Shown: positions 40,522 through 50,770, numbered from the stretch's first letter. The stretch: 60,907 nt of DNA from Bacteroidia bacterium (GCA_026391215.1 JAPLDX010000089.1:1-60907), one strand, 5' to 3'. The notes: generated by a model not told the origin, from the letters alone. Numbers and translations are program-made.

Positions 40522-40553
40522 AAAGAAGGCATCTCGCAAGGGTGCCTTCTTTT
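40522..40553 (+). terminator. Intrinsic terminator closing the PadR operon
   Basis: AAAGAAGGCATCTC-GCAA-GGGTGCCTTCTTTT. Confidence 0.8.
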
Positions 40554-40602
40554 ATTTTTATAATATTGAATCTATCTACTGCCGACTTCTGTCTCTTGAT
40601 CA

Positions 40603-40813
40603 CATGTACCCACCCCCTGCCCCTCCCTACTTCGTAAGGAGGGGTGCGCGTACTTAATATAGAGAATATGCATGGGCGCTAAGAGATAATATGACAGATG
40701 TATTGACGATAATCCGGGAATTACTCATATAATAAGTTAATATTCAATAACATACAAGATTTTGTCTCCCCCTCCTTACGAAGTAGGGAGGGGGATTAAG
40801 GGGGTGGGTACGT
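40603..40813. mobile_element. About 210-bp element with long GC-rich terminal inverted repeats (MITE/REP-like)
   Basis: GTACCCACCCCC..CCCCTCCCTACTTCGTAAGGAGGGG (40606-40644) is mirrored by CCCCTCCTTACGAAGTAGGGAGGGG..GGGGGTGGGTAC (40769-40811), with an AT-rich interior. Confidence 0.65.
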
Positions 40814-40925
40814 GTCACTTCTGAGGGAATTCTCCCTTTTCGTCGGTAAAATCTGCCAGTATATCCAGTTTATTTTTTCTTCCCTCCTCCTTCCCATATT
40901 TTTATCGCAAAATAGATAAAGATCT

Positions 40926-42245
40926 ATGAGGAAATATATTTTAATATTCAGTTTGATCCTGGCAACAATAAGTGAAAATATTTTTGCACAACAGGATAGT
41001 ACCTGGACCCTGGGGGAGTGTATTGACTATGCGTTCAGTCAGAACATAACTATTCGCAAGAGCGAACTTACCAACCAGAGGCACAGCCTTTATGCCGGTC
41101 AGGCAAAAGCACAGAGGTTCCCATCAGTGAACGCTTCGGTAAATCAGAATTTCAACTGGGCTAAAAGCACGGTCAGCGGTGAGTCAGGGCTTACCGGGAG
41201 TAATAGTACAGGCTACTCGTTGAATTCAGGAGTCACAGTTTTCAACGGATCAAAGCTGACTAACCAGATTAAACAGGCTGAACTCGATATTGAAAGCGGA
41301 AAATATTCGCTTGAAACCACCCGTGAATCGATCAGCCTTAGCATCCTTAATGCCTATATTCAGATATTATATGCTGAAGAACAGGTTAAGAACAGTGAGA
41401 AGCAGATAGAATCAACAAAAAGTCAGCTCAACCTTGCAGGTGAAAGACTTCTGCTAAGAGGGATATCCCAGGCCGACTATGCCCAGGTTAAATCACAGCT
41501 GGCAAACGAGAAGCTTACCCTGGCAAATTCACAAAGCCAGCTGGCTATTGCTAAAGTCAACCTGATGCAACTAATGGAATTGCCTGTAACAGCCGATTTT
41601 AGTATTGCCAATCCCGATCTTTCCGGATCCCTGAATCAGAACCGGGTGACTGATGTAAAGGCAGTCTATGAGGCAGCAATTGCAATAAAACCGCAGATCA
41701 TGAACGCTGCAGTAAACAAGGAGATTGCATCTCTGGATGAAAAGATAGCAAAAGCAGGCTATTATCCGACTTTATCTGCCAGTGCAGGAATAGGATCAAA
41801 CTATTCAAGCATCGGGATTGATTCTTATTTTGACCAGGTAAATAATGGCATCAGCCCTTCGGCAGGACTCTCACTGTCAATTCCGATTTATCAGAGGAGC
41901 CTGGTAAAAACCAATGTAGCAGTTGCAAAAATTGGCTACCAGGATGCAGAATTGTCAGAGATAAATACAAGAAACGAGTTAAGAAAAAACATTGAGCAGG
42001 CATGTCAGGATGTTACCTCAGCCCAGATCGAATATGAAGCAAGTCTTGAATCATACAAAGCAACTCTTGAATCTTCGATGCTTTCGGATGAGAAATTCAG
42101 CCAGGGCATGATAAATTCGGTCGATTACCTTGTTTCAAAAACCAGCCTGATAGTTGCCGAGAGTCAGCTGCTTCAATCGAAATACAACCTGATATTCAGC
42201 TACAAGGTCCTCGATTTTTATTCAGGGATTCCTTTATCAATTTAA
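40926..42245 (+). CDS. TolC family outer membrane efflux protein
   Basis: Signal peptide, WTL.ECI.YA..N, YYPTLS and LSLSIPIY; first gene of the efflux operon. Confidence 0.92.
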   Translation: MRKYILIFSLILATISENIFAQQDSTWTLGECIDYAFSQNITIRKSELTNQRHSLYAGQAKAQRFPSVNASVNQNFNWAKSTVSGESGLTGSNSTGYSLNSGVTVFNGSKLTNQIKQAELDIESGKYSLETTRESISLSILNAYIQILYAEEQVKNSEKQIESTKSQLNLAGERLLLRGISQADYAQVKSQLANEKLTLANSQSQLAIAKVNLMQLMELPVTADFSIANPDLSGSLNQNRVTDVKAVYEAAIAIKPQIMNAAVNKEIASLDEKIAKAGYYPTLSASAGIGSNYSSIGIDSYFDQVNNGISPSAGLSLSIPIYQRSLVKTNVAVAKIGYQDAELSEINTRNELRKNIEQACQDVTSAQIEYEASLESYKATLESSMLSDEKFSQGMINSVDYLVSKTSLIVAESQLLQSKYNLIFSYKVLDFYSGIPLSI

Positions 42246-42273
42246 ATTATTAAAAAGAAAATTATACAAAATC

Positions 42274-43563
42274 ATGAAAAAGAAAATATTAATAATCGCC
42301 GGCATAGTTATAGTGGCAGCAGTAATACTGCTTATTATAAAGCCCTTTTCAAAAAAGGAAGCTGCATACACTTTTGATACAGTCAAAGTTGAAAGGGGAT
42401 CGATCTCCAATGCCGTGACCGCGACAGGTACCATTGAAGCTATAACGACTGTGGATGTTGGTACACAGGTCTCTGGAATAATTAAGAAAGTATATGTTGA
42501 TTTTAACGATAATGTCAAAGAAGGTCAGCTGCTGGCAAAAATTGATGAAACAAATCTTCTTGAACAGCTTAAGCAGAGCCAGGCTAATCTTGATATAGCA
42601 GTAGCACAGTTAAACTACCAGGAGGCAACTTATAAAAGAATGAAAGCTCTTTATGAGAAGCAGCTGGTTGCTGAGGCTGATTACGATCAGGCTCTTTTTA
42701 ACTACGAAAATGCCAAAGCTTCTGTTGTCAATTCCAGATCAGCAGTCTCAAGAGCTAAAGTTAACCTTGACTATGCAACTATTACTTCCCCGATCGATGG
42801 AGTTGTTCTGAACAGGGCAATAGAGGAAGGACAGACTGTCGCCGCCAGCTTCAACACCCCGACACTTTTTACAATCGTCAATGACCTTACCCAGATGGAG
42901 GTTCAGACAAGCGTAGATGAGGCAGATATTGGAAAGGTAAATGAGGGTCAGATGGTCGAGTTTACTGTTGACGCTTATCCCGATCTGAAATTTGAAGGAT
43001 CCGTTTCACAGGTACGGCTCCAGCCGGTGACCACCAATAATGTCGTCACCTACGTTGTGATTCTTAATGCTCCGAATCCTGACAAGAAGCTAATGCCGGG
43101 GATGACAGCCAGCGCTACAATATATGTTGAGAAAAAGGATAAAGCCCTTACCCTCTCCGGGAAAGCAATCAGGTTCTCTCCTGATCAGGAATATCTGACG
43201 AAAATGATGTCAAAATTGCCAAAAGGAGCCACAGATCCCGATATGGCGCAGGCTACTTTACCATCCGGTACGGAAGCTGGTCAGATGCCTGACATGGGAT
43301 CGATGCCTGCAGGGATACCTCCAATGGGTATGTTTCCGGGAACAGGTGAAACAAATGCCAAAACCAAAACTGTATGGGTAAAGGACGATAAGGGAGGCAT
43401 CCTCCCTGCAATGGTTACCCTGGGAATCGAAAATGGTTCAAGCGTTGAGATCGCTTCAGGGCTCAATGAAGGTGATGAGGTTGTTATATCAATGTCAGGT
43501 GGAACAGGTAAAAAATCCACCTCAAGATCAAACATGGGTCCTGGCGGACCAATGCCATTCTAA
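42274..43563 (+). CDS. Efflux periplasmic adaptor (MacA-like)
   Basis: VDVGTQVSG, ITSPIDGVV, VDEADIG and LMPGMTA. Confidence 0.92.
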   Translation: MKKKILIIAGIVIVAAVILLIIKPFSKKEAAYTFDTVKVERGSISNAVTATGTIEAITTVDVGTQVSGIIKKVYVDFNDNVKEGQLLAKIDETNLLEQLKQSQANLDIAVAQLNYQEATYKRMKALYEKQLVAEADYDQALFNYENAKASVVNSRSAVSRAKVNLDYATITSPIDGVVLNRAIEEGQTVAASFNTPTLFTIVNDLTQMEVQTSVDEADIGKVNEGQMVEFTVDAYPDLKFEGSVSQVRLQPVTTNNVVTYVVILNAPNPDKKLMPGMTASATIYVEKKDKALTLSGKAIRFSPDQEYLTKMMSKLPKGATDPDMAQATLPSGTEAGQMPDMGSMPAGIPPMGMFPGTGETNAKTKTVWVKDDKGGILPAMVTLGIENGSSVEIASGLNEGDEVVISMSGGTGKKSTSRSNMGPGGPMPF

Positions 43564-43596
43564 ATGGCAGATAATCAGCAGTTAAAACTCAGGATT

Positions 43597-44355
43597 ATGA
43601 AAAACATAATAATAGAGATAAACGGACTCCGGAAAGATTACCATATTGGAGAGGTTACGGTGCACGCATTGCGGGGAGTGGACCTCAAAATAGAAGAAGG
43701 TGAATTTGTGGCAATAATGGGTGTGAGCGGATCCGGGAAATCTACAATGCTTAATATCCTTGGCTGTCTAGATAAGCCGACCCATGGTAATTACATGCTC
43801 GATAGCGTCAATATTAATACACTTGATAAAGACGCAACTGCAAAGCTTCGTAATAAAAAACTCGGTTTTGTCTTTCAGGCATATAATCTGCTGCCCAGGA
43901 CAACCGCTCTGGAGAATGTTGAACTTCCTTTGTTCTACAACAGTAAAGTAGGTTCCAGGGAGCGCAAGGAGAGAGCTGTCAATGCTTTAGAGGCTGTTGG
44001 TCTTGCTGACCGTATGCATCATATGCCAAATCAGCTTTCGGGAGGACAGCAGCAGAGGGTGGCAATTGCCCGATCCCTGGTAAACGATCCGGTTCTGATT
44101 CTCGCCGATGAACCAACCGGGAATCTTGATACAAGGACATCATTCGAAATAATGGAGCTTTTTCAGGATCTTAATGAAAAGGGAAGAACGATTGTCTATG
44201 TGACACATGAGTCCGATATTGCAAAGTTCGCAACACGTAATGTCATTTTCAGGGATGGAAAAATCCAGCGCGAGAACGTTGTAAGCGAAAGGCTTAATGC
44301 CAGGGAGATCCTTAAAACCCTGCCTGTAGAGAATATTGAAGAATTTGATGCATAA
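43597..44355 (+). CDS. ABC transporter ATP-binding protein (MacB/LolD family)
   Basis: [17 protein letters not shown] and [13 protein letters not shown] at 43597 chosen. Confidence 0.95.
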   Translation: MKNIIIEINGLRKDYHIGEVTVHALRGVDLKIEEGEFVAIMGVSGSGKSTMLNILGCLDKPTHGNYMLDSVNINTLDKDATAKLRNKKLGFVFQAYNLLPRTTALENVELPLFYNSKVGSRERKERAVNALEAVGLADRMHHMPNQLSGGQQQRVAIARSLVNDPVLILADEPTGNLDTRTSFEIMELFQDLNEKGRTIVYVTHESDIAKFATRNVIFRDGKIQRENVVSERLNAREILKTLPVENIEEFDA

Positions 44356-44368
44356 AAATAACAGAGGT

Positions 44369-45589
44369 ATGAATTTAACGAATTTATTTAAAATAGCTAT
44401 TAGAGCGCTCGTAAGGAATAAACTGAGAGCCTTCCTGACAATGCTCGGAATTATTATCGGTGTTGCCTCTGTAATAGCCATGCTTGCAATCGGCGAAGGT
44501 TCCAAGAAGAGCATACAGGATCAGATGTCTTCCATGGGGACTAACCTGATTATGGTAATGCCAAATATGCAAAGAAGAGGAGGAGTAAGCCTTGGCGCAT
44601 CAAGCTCAATGGCGCTGAAATACAGCGATGTAACTGCAATCCGCAATGAAGCTGCTTCAATTGCTGCCGTTTCACCTGCTGTTAACGCAAATGGCCAGGT
44701 TATATATGGCAATCAGAATACACAAACATCCATCTATGGAGTTAGCGAGGAATATCTTGATATACGAAAACTTGAAATTCAAAGCGGAAGGATCTTCAAT
44801 TCAAATGAAGTCAGAAGCATGTCGAAAGTATGTATACTTGGACAAACAGTTGTGGATAACCTTTTTGGTAAAGGAGCAGATCCAGTCGGAATTTCAATCC
44901 GTATAAAGAACCTGCCGTTTGAAATTATTGGTGTTCTTAAAGATAAGGGGGAAAGCGGAATGGGACAGGACCAGGATGACCTGATCCTGGCTCCATATAC
45001 TACTGTTCAGCGCCGCCTGGCAGCTGTAGATTATATAAATGGTATTTATGCTTCTGCAGTGAGCGAGGAGAAAAGCGCATCGGCAATAACTGAAGTAGAG
45101 GAAATACTCCGGAGAACTCATAAAATAAAAGAATCGGAGGAAGATGACTTCAGGATAATGTCACAATCAGAACTGCTCGAAACTGTCTCAAGTATAACCA
45201 ACATTATGAAATATTTGCTGGGCGCAATTGCCGGTATTTCACTGCTGGTGGGAGGCATCGGAATTATGAACATCATGTTTGTTTCTGTAACTGAACGTAC
45301 ACGTGAAATAGGACTGCGCATGTCAATCGGTGGAAGGGGAAAGGATATCCTGAGACAATTCCTTGTGGAATCAATGCTATTGAGCTTGCTCGGAGGAGCT
45401 GTCGGTATAATATTCGGTTACCTTATTGCAAAGGGTGCCGGAACCCTTATGAACATGCCGCCAGTTGTAACATCACAGTCCATTGTACTTGCATTTGCTG
45501 TTTGCTTTATAATAGGTGTCTTTTTTGGCTGGTACCCGGCAAAAAAAGCTTCAAACCTCAGTCCGATTGATGCTCTGCGGTATGAATAA
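44369..45589 (+). CDS. ABC transporter permease (MacB/FtsX family)
   Basis: LTMLGIIIGVASV, GGIGIMNIM.VSVTERTREIG and PIDALRYE. Confidence 0.95.
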   Translation: MNLTNLFKIAIRALVRNKLRAFLTMLGIIIGVASVIAMLAIGEGSKKSIQDQMSSMGTNLIMVMPNMQRRGGVSLGASSSMALKYSDVTAIRNEAASIAAVSPAVNANGQVIYGNQNTQTSIYGVSEEYLDIRKLEIQSGRIFNSNEVRSMSKVCILGQTVVDNLFGKGADPVGISIRIKNLPFEIIGVLKDKGESGMGQDQDDLILAPYTTVQRRLAAVDYINGIYASAVSEEKSASAITEVEEILRRTHKIKESEEDDFRIMSQSELLETVSSITNIMKYLLGAIAGISLLVGGIGIMNIMFVSVTERTREIGLRMSIGGRGKDILRQFLVESMLLSLLGGAVGIIFGYLIAKGAGTLMNMPPVVTSQSIVLAFAVCFIIGVFFGWYPAKKASNLSPIDALRYE

Positions 45590-45648
45590 TACGACTTCAA
45601 TAACTTATATTTGTTAAATGATAACAGAATACACAAAAAGCAGGAATA

Positions 45649-46758
45649 ATGAAAAATAGTTTCCTCGGAAGTAATAAGATCAAGATACTGATGCACTTTC
45701 TTGCATGGGCAATTCTGCTCGGATTACCGGTTTTTTTTATTAAAAGATTACAGGTAGGAAAAGATTTTATATGGCTGCATTATACAGGTACTCTTATCAG
45801 CGGACTAATATTCTATTCCAACTACCTGGTATTAATCCCACGATTTTTTTTCGGGATCAGGAGATATAAATACTTCCTTTCAGTGCTGGCTTTGATTGCT
45901 TTCTTTTATTTTGTTTCAGATATTTCCAGTGAGCTCATAATTAAGTATATACCGGGGAGCGCTAATATTGAAGAGACAGGTAAAAAACCTGAGGAAATGG
46001 AACAGAAACCCGAACCTCTTCCGGGAGGAAGATTTATCAGCCGGCCGCCTTTCAGACAAATGCATATCTTCAGCTATACATTTAATTCGCTCTTTATAGT
46101 TTTTTTCTCACTGGGATTAAAAGTCCTTGAACGCCATTCACAGGTTGAAAAGCTCCAGAAAGAACTTGAAAGAGATAAGCTTAACTCAGAATTGGCATTG
46201 CTGAAAAACCAGGTAAGCCCGCATTTTTTCTTTAACACGCTTAATAACATATATTCACTTATTGGAATAAATGCGGAAGATTCACAAAAGGCCGTCCTTA
46301 AGCTTTCAAAGCTGATGAGATATCTTCTTTATGAATCGGAACAGGGAAATACGAAGCTGAGCAGCGAGATTGATTTCCTGCACAATTATATCGATCTGAT
46401 GAAGCTGAGGATGAGCGACAAGATCAGCCTTTCTGTTTCATTTCCAGAGAAATATGAAGACATGAATATTCCGCCGCTCCTTTTTATCCCTTTCATTGAA
46501 AATGCTTTCAAACATGGTATAAGCTACCGCGAAAAATCTTTTATTGAAATAAGTATGCTTGCAGCAAAAGATTCATTAACCTTCAGATGCGTTAATAGTA
46601 ATGTTAAGAAAAAGGAAGATACTGAGGGAGTACATTCAGGTATAGGTCTTGAAAATGTGAATAAACGGCTTGATCTTCTTTTTCCGGGGAAGCATGATTT
46701 AAAGATAAACAGATCAGATGCAGTATTTGAAGTGCTCCTATATATTAACTTTGCCTGA
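45649..46758 (+). CDS. LytS/YehU-type sensor histidine kinase
   Basis: LKNQVSPHFFFNTLNNI, FIENAFKHG and GIGLENV.KRL. Confidence 0.93.
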   Translation: MKNSFLGSNKIKILMHFLAWAILLGLPVFFIKRLQVGKDFIWLHYTGTLISGLIFYSNYLVLIPRFFFGIRRYKYFLSVLALIAFFYFVSDISSELIIKYIPGSANIEETGKKPEEMEQKPEPLPGGRFISRPPFRQMHIFSYTFNSLFIVFFSLGLKVLERHSQVEKLQKELERDKLNSELALLKNQVSPHFFFNTLNNIYSLIGINAEDSQKAVLKLSKLMRYLLYESEQGNTKLSSEIDFLHNYIDLMKLRMSDKISLSVSFPEKYEDMNIPPLLFIPFIENAFKHGISYREKSFIEISMLAAKDSLTFRCVNSNVKKKEDTEGVHSGIGLENVNKRLDLLFPGKHDLKINRSDAVFEVLLYINFA

Positions 46759-47474
46759 TGATCAAAGCTGTCGCTATCGATGATGAACCTCTTGCTCTTC
46801 AGCTTGTAACAGGATATATTGAGAAGACACCCGGGCTGAAGCTGGCAGGCAAATTTGATAATCCCCTGGATGCCGCTGATTTTCTGGCAAATAATAGTGT
46901 CGATCTTGTATTTGTTGATATACAGATGCCTGATCTTTCCGGCATAGAGTTTACAAGAATCATGGAGAAGGGGCCAAAGGTAATTTTTACAACAGCCTTC
47001 GAAAAATATGCTCTCGAAGGGTATAAACTCGAAATAGTAGATTATCTGCTTAAACCATTCAGCTATGAAGAGTTTTTATCGGCTGTTCAGAAAGCACAGC
47101 GGCTGATAAAGCTGGAACGGAATACCCCGGATAAGATTGATGCAAATGATGAATTTCTTTTTCTCAAGTCTGATTATAAAATAAAACGGATCAATTTCAA
47201 TGACATATTGTATGTTGAAGGGATGAAGGATTACGTAAAAGTATATACTCAGAATGATCCGAAACCAATACTATCCATATCAACGTTAAAGCTGCTTGAA
47301 GCAAAACTGCCACAGAATAAATTTATGCGTATCCATCGCTCCTTCATTGTAAATCTTGCAAAAATTGACACTATTGAAAGAAGCAGGATTGTATTCGGTA
47401 AAACTTATATACCTGTGAGCGATCAGTATAAAGATAAATTCCAGGATTTTCTTAATAAGAATTTTCTGATTTGA
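46758..47474 (+). CDS. LytR/AlgR (LytTR) response regulator
   Basis: IDDEPLA, DIQMP, DYLLKP and FMRIHRSFIVN. Confidence 0.95.
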   Translation: MIKAVAIDDEPLALQLVTGYIEKTPGLKLAGKFDNPLDAADFLANNSVDLVFVDIQMPDLSGIEFTRIMEKGPKVIFTTAFEKYALEGYKLEIVDYLLKPFSYEEFLSAVQKAQRLIKLERNTPDKIDANDEFLFLKSDYKIKRINFNDILYVEGMKDYVKVYTQNDPKPILSISTLKLLEAKLPQNKFMRIHRSFIVNLAKIDTIERSRIVFGKTYIPVSDQYKDKFQDFLNKNFLI

Positions 47475-47516
47475 ATATATTATCTTAGCTTTTCGGAACA
47501 TTTAATTGTATTTCAT

Positions 47517-48191
47517 TTGAAGAGAGCTAAGACATTTTCAATTTTCCTGATCATAGCGGAATTAATGAATTGCGCTGTGATTTTTTCACAGGAAGAAAAA
47601 TCCTCTCCTTTTAACGCGGGAGCCGATATCTACAGCAGCTATGTATGGAGGGGGACAAGATACGGCATTGGCCCTGCTTTCCAGCCTAATCTGAAATTCA
47701 CGGCAGGGTTCTTTACTGCCGGTGCCTGGGGATCATTTGACTTCAATGGTTACCAGGAAACAGATCTGTACCTTTCATTTTCCCTGCCCGCCGGGATAAG
47801 TCTTGGTGCAACTGATTATTATTATCCCGATTTTGATTATTTCGATTATTCAACTGTCTCAGGCAGCCATGCCTTTGAAATAAACCTGGGCTTCAGCAAA
47901 GGAGGCCTGGCCTTAAGCGCTAACTATATATTAAATGAAGCCGGGCATGCCGGTTCGGAGGGAGGCGATAAATATTTCGAAGTTAAATATTCATTTGATG
48001 CATTTAACCTGTTCGCAGGGGCCGGTGACGGATGGCATACTGTTGATGGTAATTTCGCTGTCTGTAATATCGGACTGGGAACGTCAAGGACCATAAAGAT
48101 AACCGACTCATTCAGCATTCCTGTAACCGGACAGGTTGTGTTTAATCCGGATATTGAGCGCCTGTATATTGTTGTGGGATTTACACTTTAA
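47517..48191 (+). CDS. Outer membrane beta-barrel protein (TorF-like putative porin)
   Basis: Signal peptide, D.YSSYVWRG, QP, GAWGS and E.DLY; ends in GFTL. Confidence 0.75.
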   Translation: MKRAKTFSIFLIIAELMNCAVIFSQEEKSSPFNAGADIYSSYVWRGTRYGIGPAFQPNLKFTAGFFTAGAWGSFDFNGYQETDLYLSFSLPAGISLGATDYYYPDFDYFDYSTVSGSHAFEINLGFSKGGLALSANYILNEAGHAGSEGGDKYFEVKYSFDAFNLFAGAGDGWHTVDGNFAVCNIGLGTSRTIKITDSFSIPVTGQVVFNPDIERLYIVVGFTL

Positions 48192-48274
48192 ACTTACCTG
48201 ATCTATTCTGGCCAGGTTCTTGTTATTCCACCGCTCAGCTGATAATCATATTATACCCCACTACCATTATCCAA

Positions 48275-48529
48275 TCATGCCGGATTTTCAGGCTTTTCCT
48301 CTTCGCTTGTTTTCTTCCTGATATTTTCAGCAATATCCTCAACTTTATCCTCAACATAATCTCCTGCCTTATCCATTGCATCGGCAACAGATTCAAAAGC
48401 CTTGCTTTTTATTACTTTTTCAACATTCTCATCGATAAAATCATCAGCTTTACCGATCAGTTTTTTTGCTTTGTCCAGCAAACCTTCCTCTTCGGGTTTT
48501 ACCGGTTCTTTTTTTGTTTCTTCTTCCAC
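48275..48529 (-). CDS. Small acidic helical hypothetical protein
   Basis: 84-aa K/E-rich ORF with repeated KA.D(F/Y)(I/V)(D/E) segments. Confidence 0.6.
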   Translation of the reverse strand: MEEETKKEPVKPEEEGLLDKAKKLIGKADDFIDENVEKVIKSKAFESVADAMDKAGDYVEDKVEDIAENIRKKTSEEEKPENPA

Positions 48530-48691
48530 AATATCAATATTTTAAGTTAAGTAGAATAATGAACAGTAACGGGTAATTTTAATACTTCGCATAAAGTTAA
48601 CGAATAAAAAATTTTAAGCAACATAAAAATGATTAATTGACTTTGGTTTTTCTATATCGTAACTTGCAGATAAAGGTTATTGATATTCATC

Positions 48692-49684
48692 ATGAAAACA
48701 TTTATCCAGATCCTGTTATTCATATCAATAGTTTTTTCTTTCAGTCGATGCAAAAAAGAGATGCCTCCGACTATTCCTTACTTTAATATTAAATTTGTTG
48801 TGGCAGGAGGAATGAATTGCTATAGTACAATATCAGATTATGGAGGATCACGTATTGTTGAACGTGGATTTATGTGGAAAACGGACCAGGAAGCTGATTA
48901 TCAGAATGGTAAAGTGGCATTTGACAATGGTCTGAATTATTTTGAAACAACAATATATGGCCTTTCACCGGGTACTACATATTATGTAAAAGGTTATGCA
49001 ATTAATAGTGAAGGTACCGGGTATAGCGTAGAAAAGGAAATAACAACCTCAGGGATTGGTACTTTTACTGACAGCCGGGATGGCAAAACTTACAAATGGG
49101 TTGAAATAGGCGACCAGACATGGATGGCAGAAAATCTCGCTTATCTGCCATATATAAGCCCCTATACCAGTGATACCGGGATATTTGTCTATAATTACAA
49201 AGGAACATCAGCAGAAACAGCAAAAAATCAAAAGGAGTTTAAAACATATGGATGTCTGTATAGCTGGGAAATATCGTTACAGGTTTGCCCGGATGGATGG
49301 CGCCTGCCTGGTGATGAAGAATGGCAGGAATTGGAGAGATATATTGGGATGACTTCAAACCAGATTTTTCAAAACCGGGAGTATGAAAATATTTATCAAA
49401 GCAATTATTTAAAATCTGCTGACTGGCCAGGAAATTCTAATAACGTGACTCTCTTTTCTGCACTTCCCGGGGGATACCACTTCTATGAACATAATCCTTA
49501 CACTAATTTAACCACATATTTCAATGAATTGGGAACAAGTGCAAATTTTTGGTCTTCTACAACAACTGAGTTCGATGATTCTCCATATATGCTGAAATTA
49601 AATGGTTACGGAATAACGAGATTTACGACAGAGAAAGATTTTGGATTTTCTGTTCGTTGCGTAAAAAACCAGAGTGCGCCGTGA
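48692..49684 (+). CDS. Lipoprotein with FN3-like and FISUMP (Fib_succ_major) domains
   Basis: L.PGTTYYVKGYAINSEGTGY; DSRDGKTYKWVEIGDQTWMAENL; YG.LY.W, CP.GW.LP and GFSVRC. Confidence 0.9.
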   Translation: MKTFIQILLFISIVFSFSRCKKEMPPTIPYFNIKFVVAGGMNCYSTISDYGGSRIVERGFMWKTDQEADYQNGKVAFDNGLNYFETTIYGLSPGTTYYVKGYAINSEGTGYSVEKEITTSGIGTFTDSRDGKTYKWVEIGDQTWMAENLAYLPYISPYTSDTGIFVYNYKGTSAETAKNQKEFKTYGCLYSWEISLQVCPDGWRLPGDEEWQELERYIGMTSNQIFQNREYENIYQSNYLKSADWPGNSNNVTLFSALPGGYHFYEHNPYTNLTTYFNELGTSANFWSSTTTEFDDSPYMLKLNGYGITRFTTEKDFGFSVRCVKNQSAP

Positions 49685-49789
49685 GCGCACAGAGCAAAGG
49701 GCTTCACTTGACGGTCTTTAAAATGTATAACAACTCAAAAAGAGGATGATTTTCGATTTAAAGACAAAGACAAATTAAGGCTGTCATGA

Positions 49790-49834
49790 AGAGCCCTGGA
49801 AATAGCTGCAGCCGGTCAACATAATTTAATAATG
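49790..49834 (+). pseudogene. 45-bp remnant copy of comM internal sequence
   Basis: 40/45 nt identical to 51470-51514; reads RALEIAAAGQHNLIM versus RALEVAAAGHHNLIM. Confidence 0.75.
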
Positions 49835-49938
49835 TTATATATAGCTTAATATCAATAAAATCAATAAACATGAGTTAAATCAGTGATATGAGTAAATAGA
49901 TTACTTATGAATATCTTCGTTCTTTAAAATCTTACATT

Positions 49939-50661
49939 ATGAAAAATAGAATCAGCATGCTATTATGCGTTTTTCTGACTGTAAATTCAATAACAGGATT
50001 ATACGGTCAGAAATCCGGGGGGAAAATCACGATTACGGGCTCTGTTGTTATTGTTGTTGACGGTGCAGATTTTCCAGTTGCCAATGCAATTATTATGGTC
50101 GACGGAGAAAAAATAGGTAATGTCACCGATCGTAAAGGATTTTATAAAATCAAAGTCAGACAGGAGAATAAAAAAATCGGTGTTTATACCTTCGCTAACG
50201 GAATGATTGAAGAGGTATTAGATGGCAGGAATAATATCAATTTTACCTTTAAAGGCACTGTTCCTTACCAGATAAATTACAAAGCTGATCCGGGAGATGA
50301 ACCAGTTGATATCGGTTACCAAACAGTAAAGAAAAAAGATCTTATAGTTCCGGTTGGAAAGGTAGACGGAACAAAATCAAAATATGCTTCATATAATACT
50401 GTTTATGAAATGATTCGAGGAGAAATTCCTGGAGTCCTGGTTAATGGAACCAGCATAATGATAAGGAGTGCCACTTCAATCAATTCGGGTACCGAACCTT
50501 TATTTGTAGTTGATGGAGTTCCGGTTACTACAATAGATAATATCCAGCCTCAGATGGTCAGGTCAATAGAGGTTCTGAAAGGATCAGCTGCCTCAATTTA
50601 CGGTAGCAGAGGTTCCAACGGGGTAATTCTCATTAATCTCTTAAAAGGAAATGACAGGTGA
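49939..50661 (+). CDS. Barrel-less TonB plug-domain protein (carboxypeptidase-like plus plug)
   Basis: PLFVVDG and SIEVLKGSAASIYGSRGSNGVILI, followed directly by a stop. Confidence 0.85.
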   Translation: MKNRISMLLCVFLTVNSITGLYGQKSGGKITITGSVVIVVDGADFPVANAIIMVDGEKIGNVTDRKGFYKIKVRQENKKIGVYTFANGMIEEVLDGRNNINFTFKGTVPYQINYKADPGDEPVDIGYQTVKKKDLIVPVGKVDGTKSKYASYNTVYEMIRGEIPGVLVNGTSIMIRSATSINSGTEPLFVVDGVPVTTIDNIQPQMVRSIEVLKGSAASIYGSRGSNGVILINLLKGNDR

Positions 50662-50711
50662 AGTACCTGTCTACGTCCCCTTCGACCTTTTCAACTATTT
50701 AAACCCATTTG

Positions 50712-50770
50712 GTCCTCCGTAGCTTTTCTTTACATCCAAAGCTTTAGCGAAGGATGTAGCGAAGGAGGAC
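50712..50770. repeat. Nested REP-like palindrome
   Basis: GTCCTCCGTAGCTT...TAGCGAAGGAGGAC encloses TACATCCAAAGCTTTAGCGAAGGATGTA. Confidence 0.55.

Noticed and set aside
43230-43350. Met/Gly/Pro-rich low-complexity segment in the efflux adaptor
   Set aside because: Common flexible linker in MacA-like proteins; no DNA-level tandem repeat.
48692-49684. FISUMP gene as a diversity-generating retroelement target
   Set aside because: No reverse transcriptase and no template-repeat copy of its 3' end were seen in the window.
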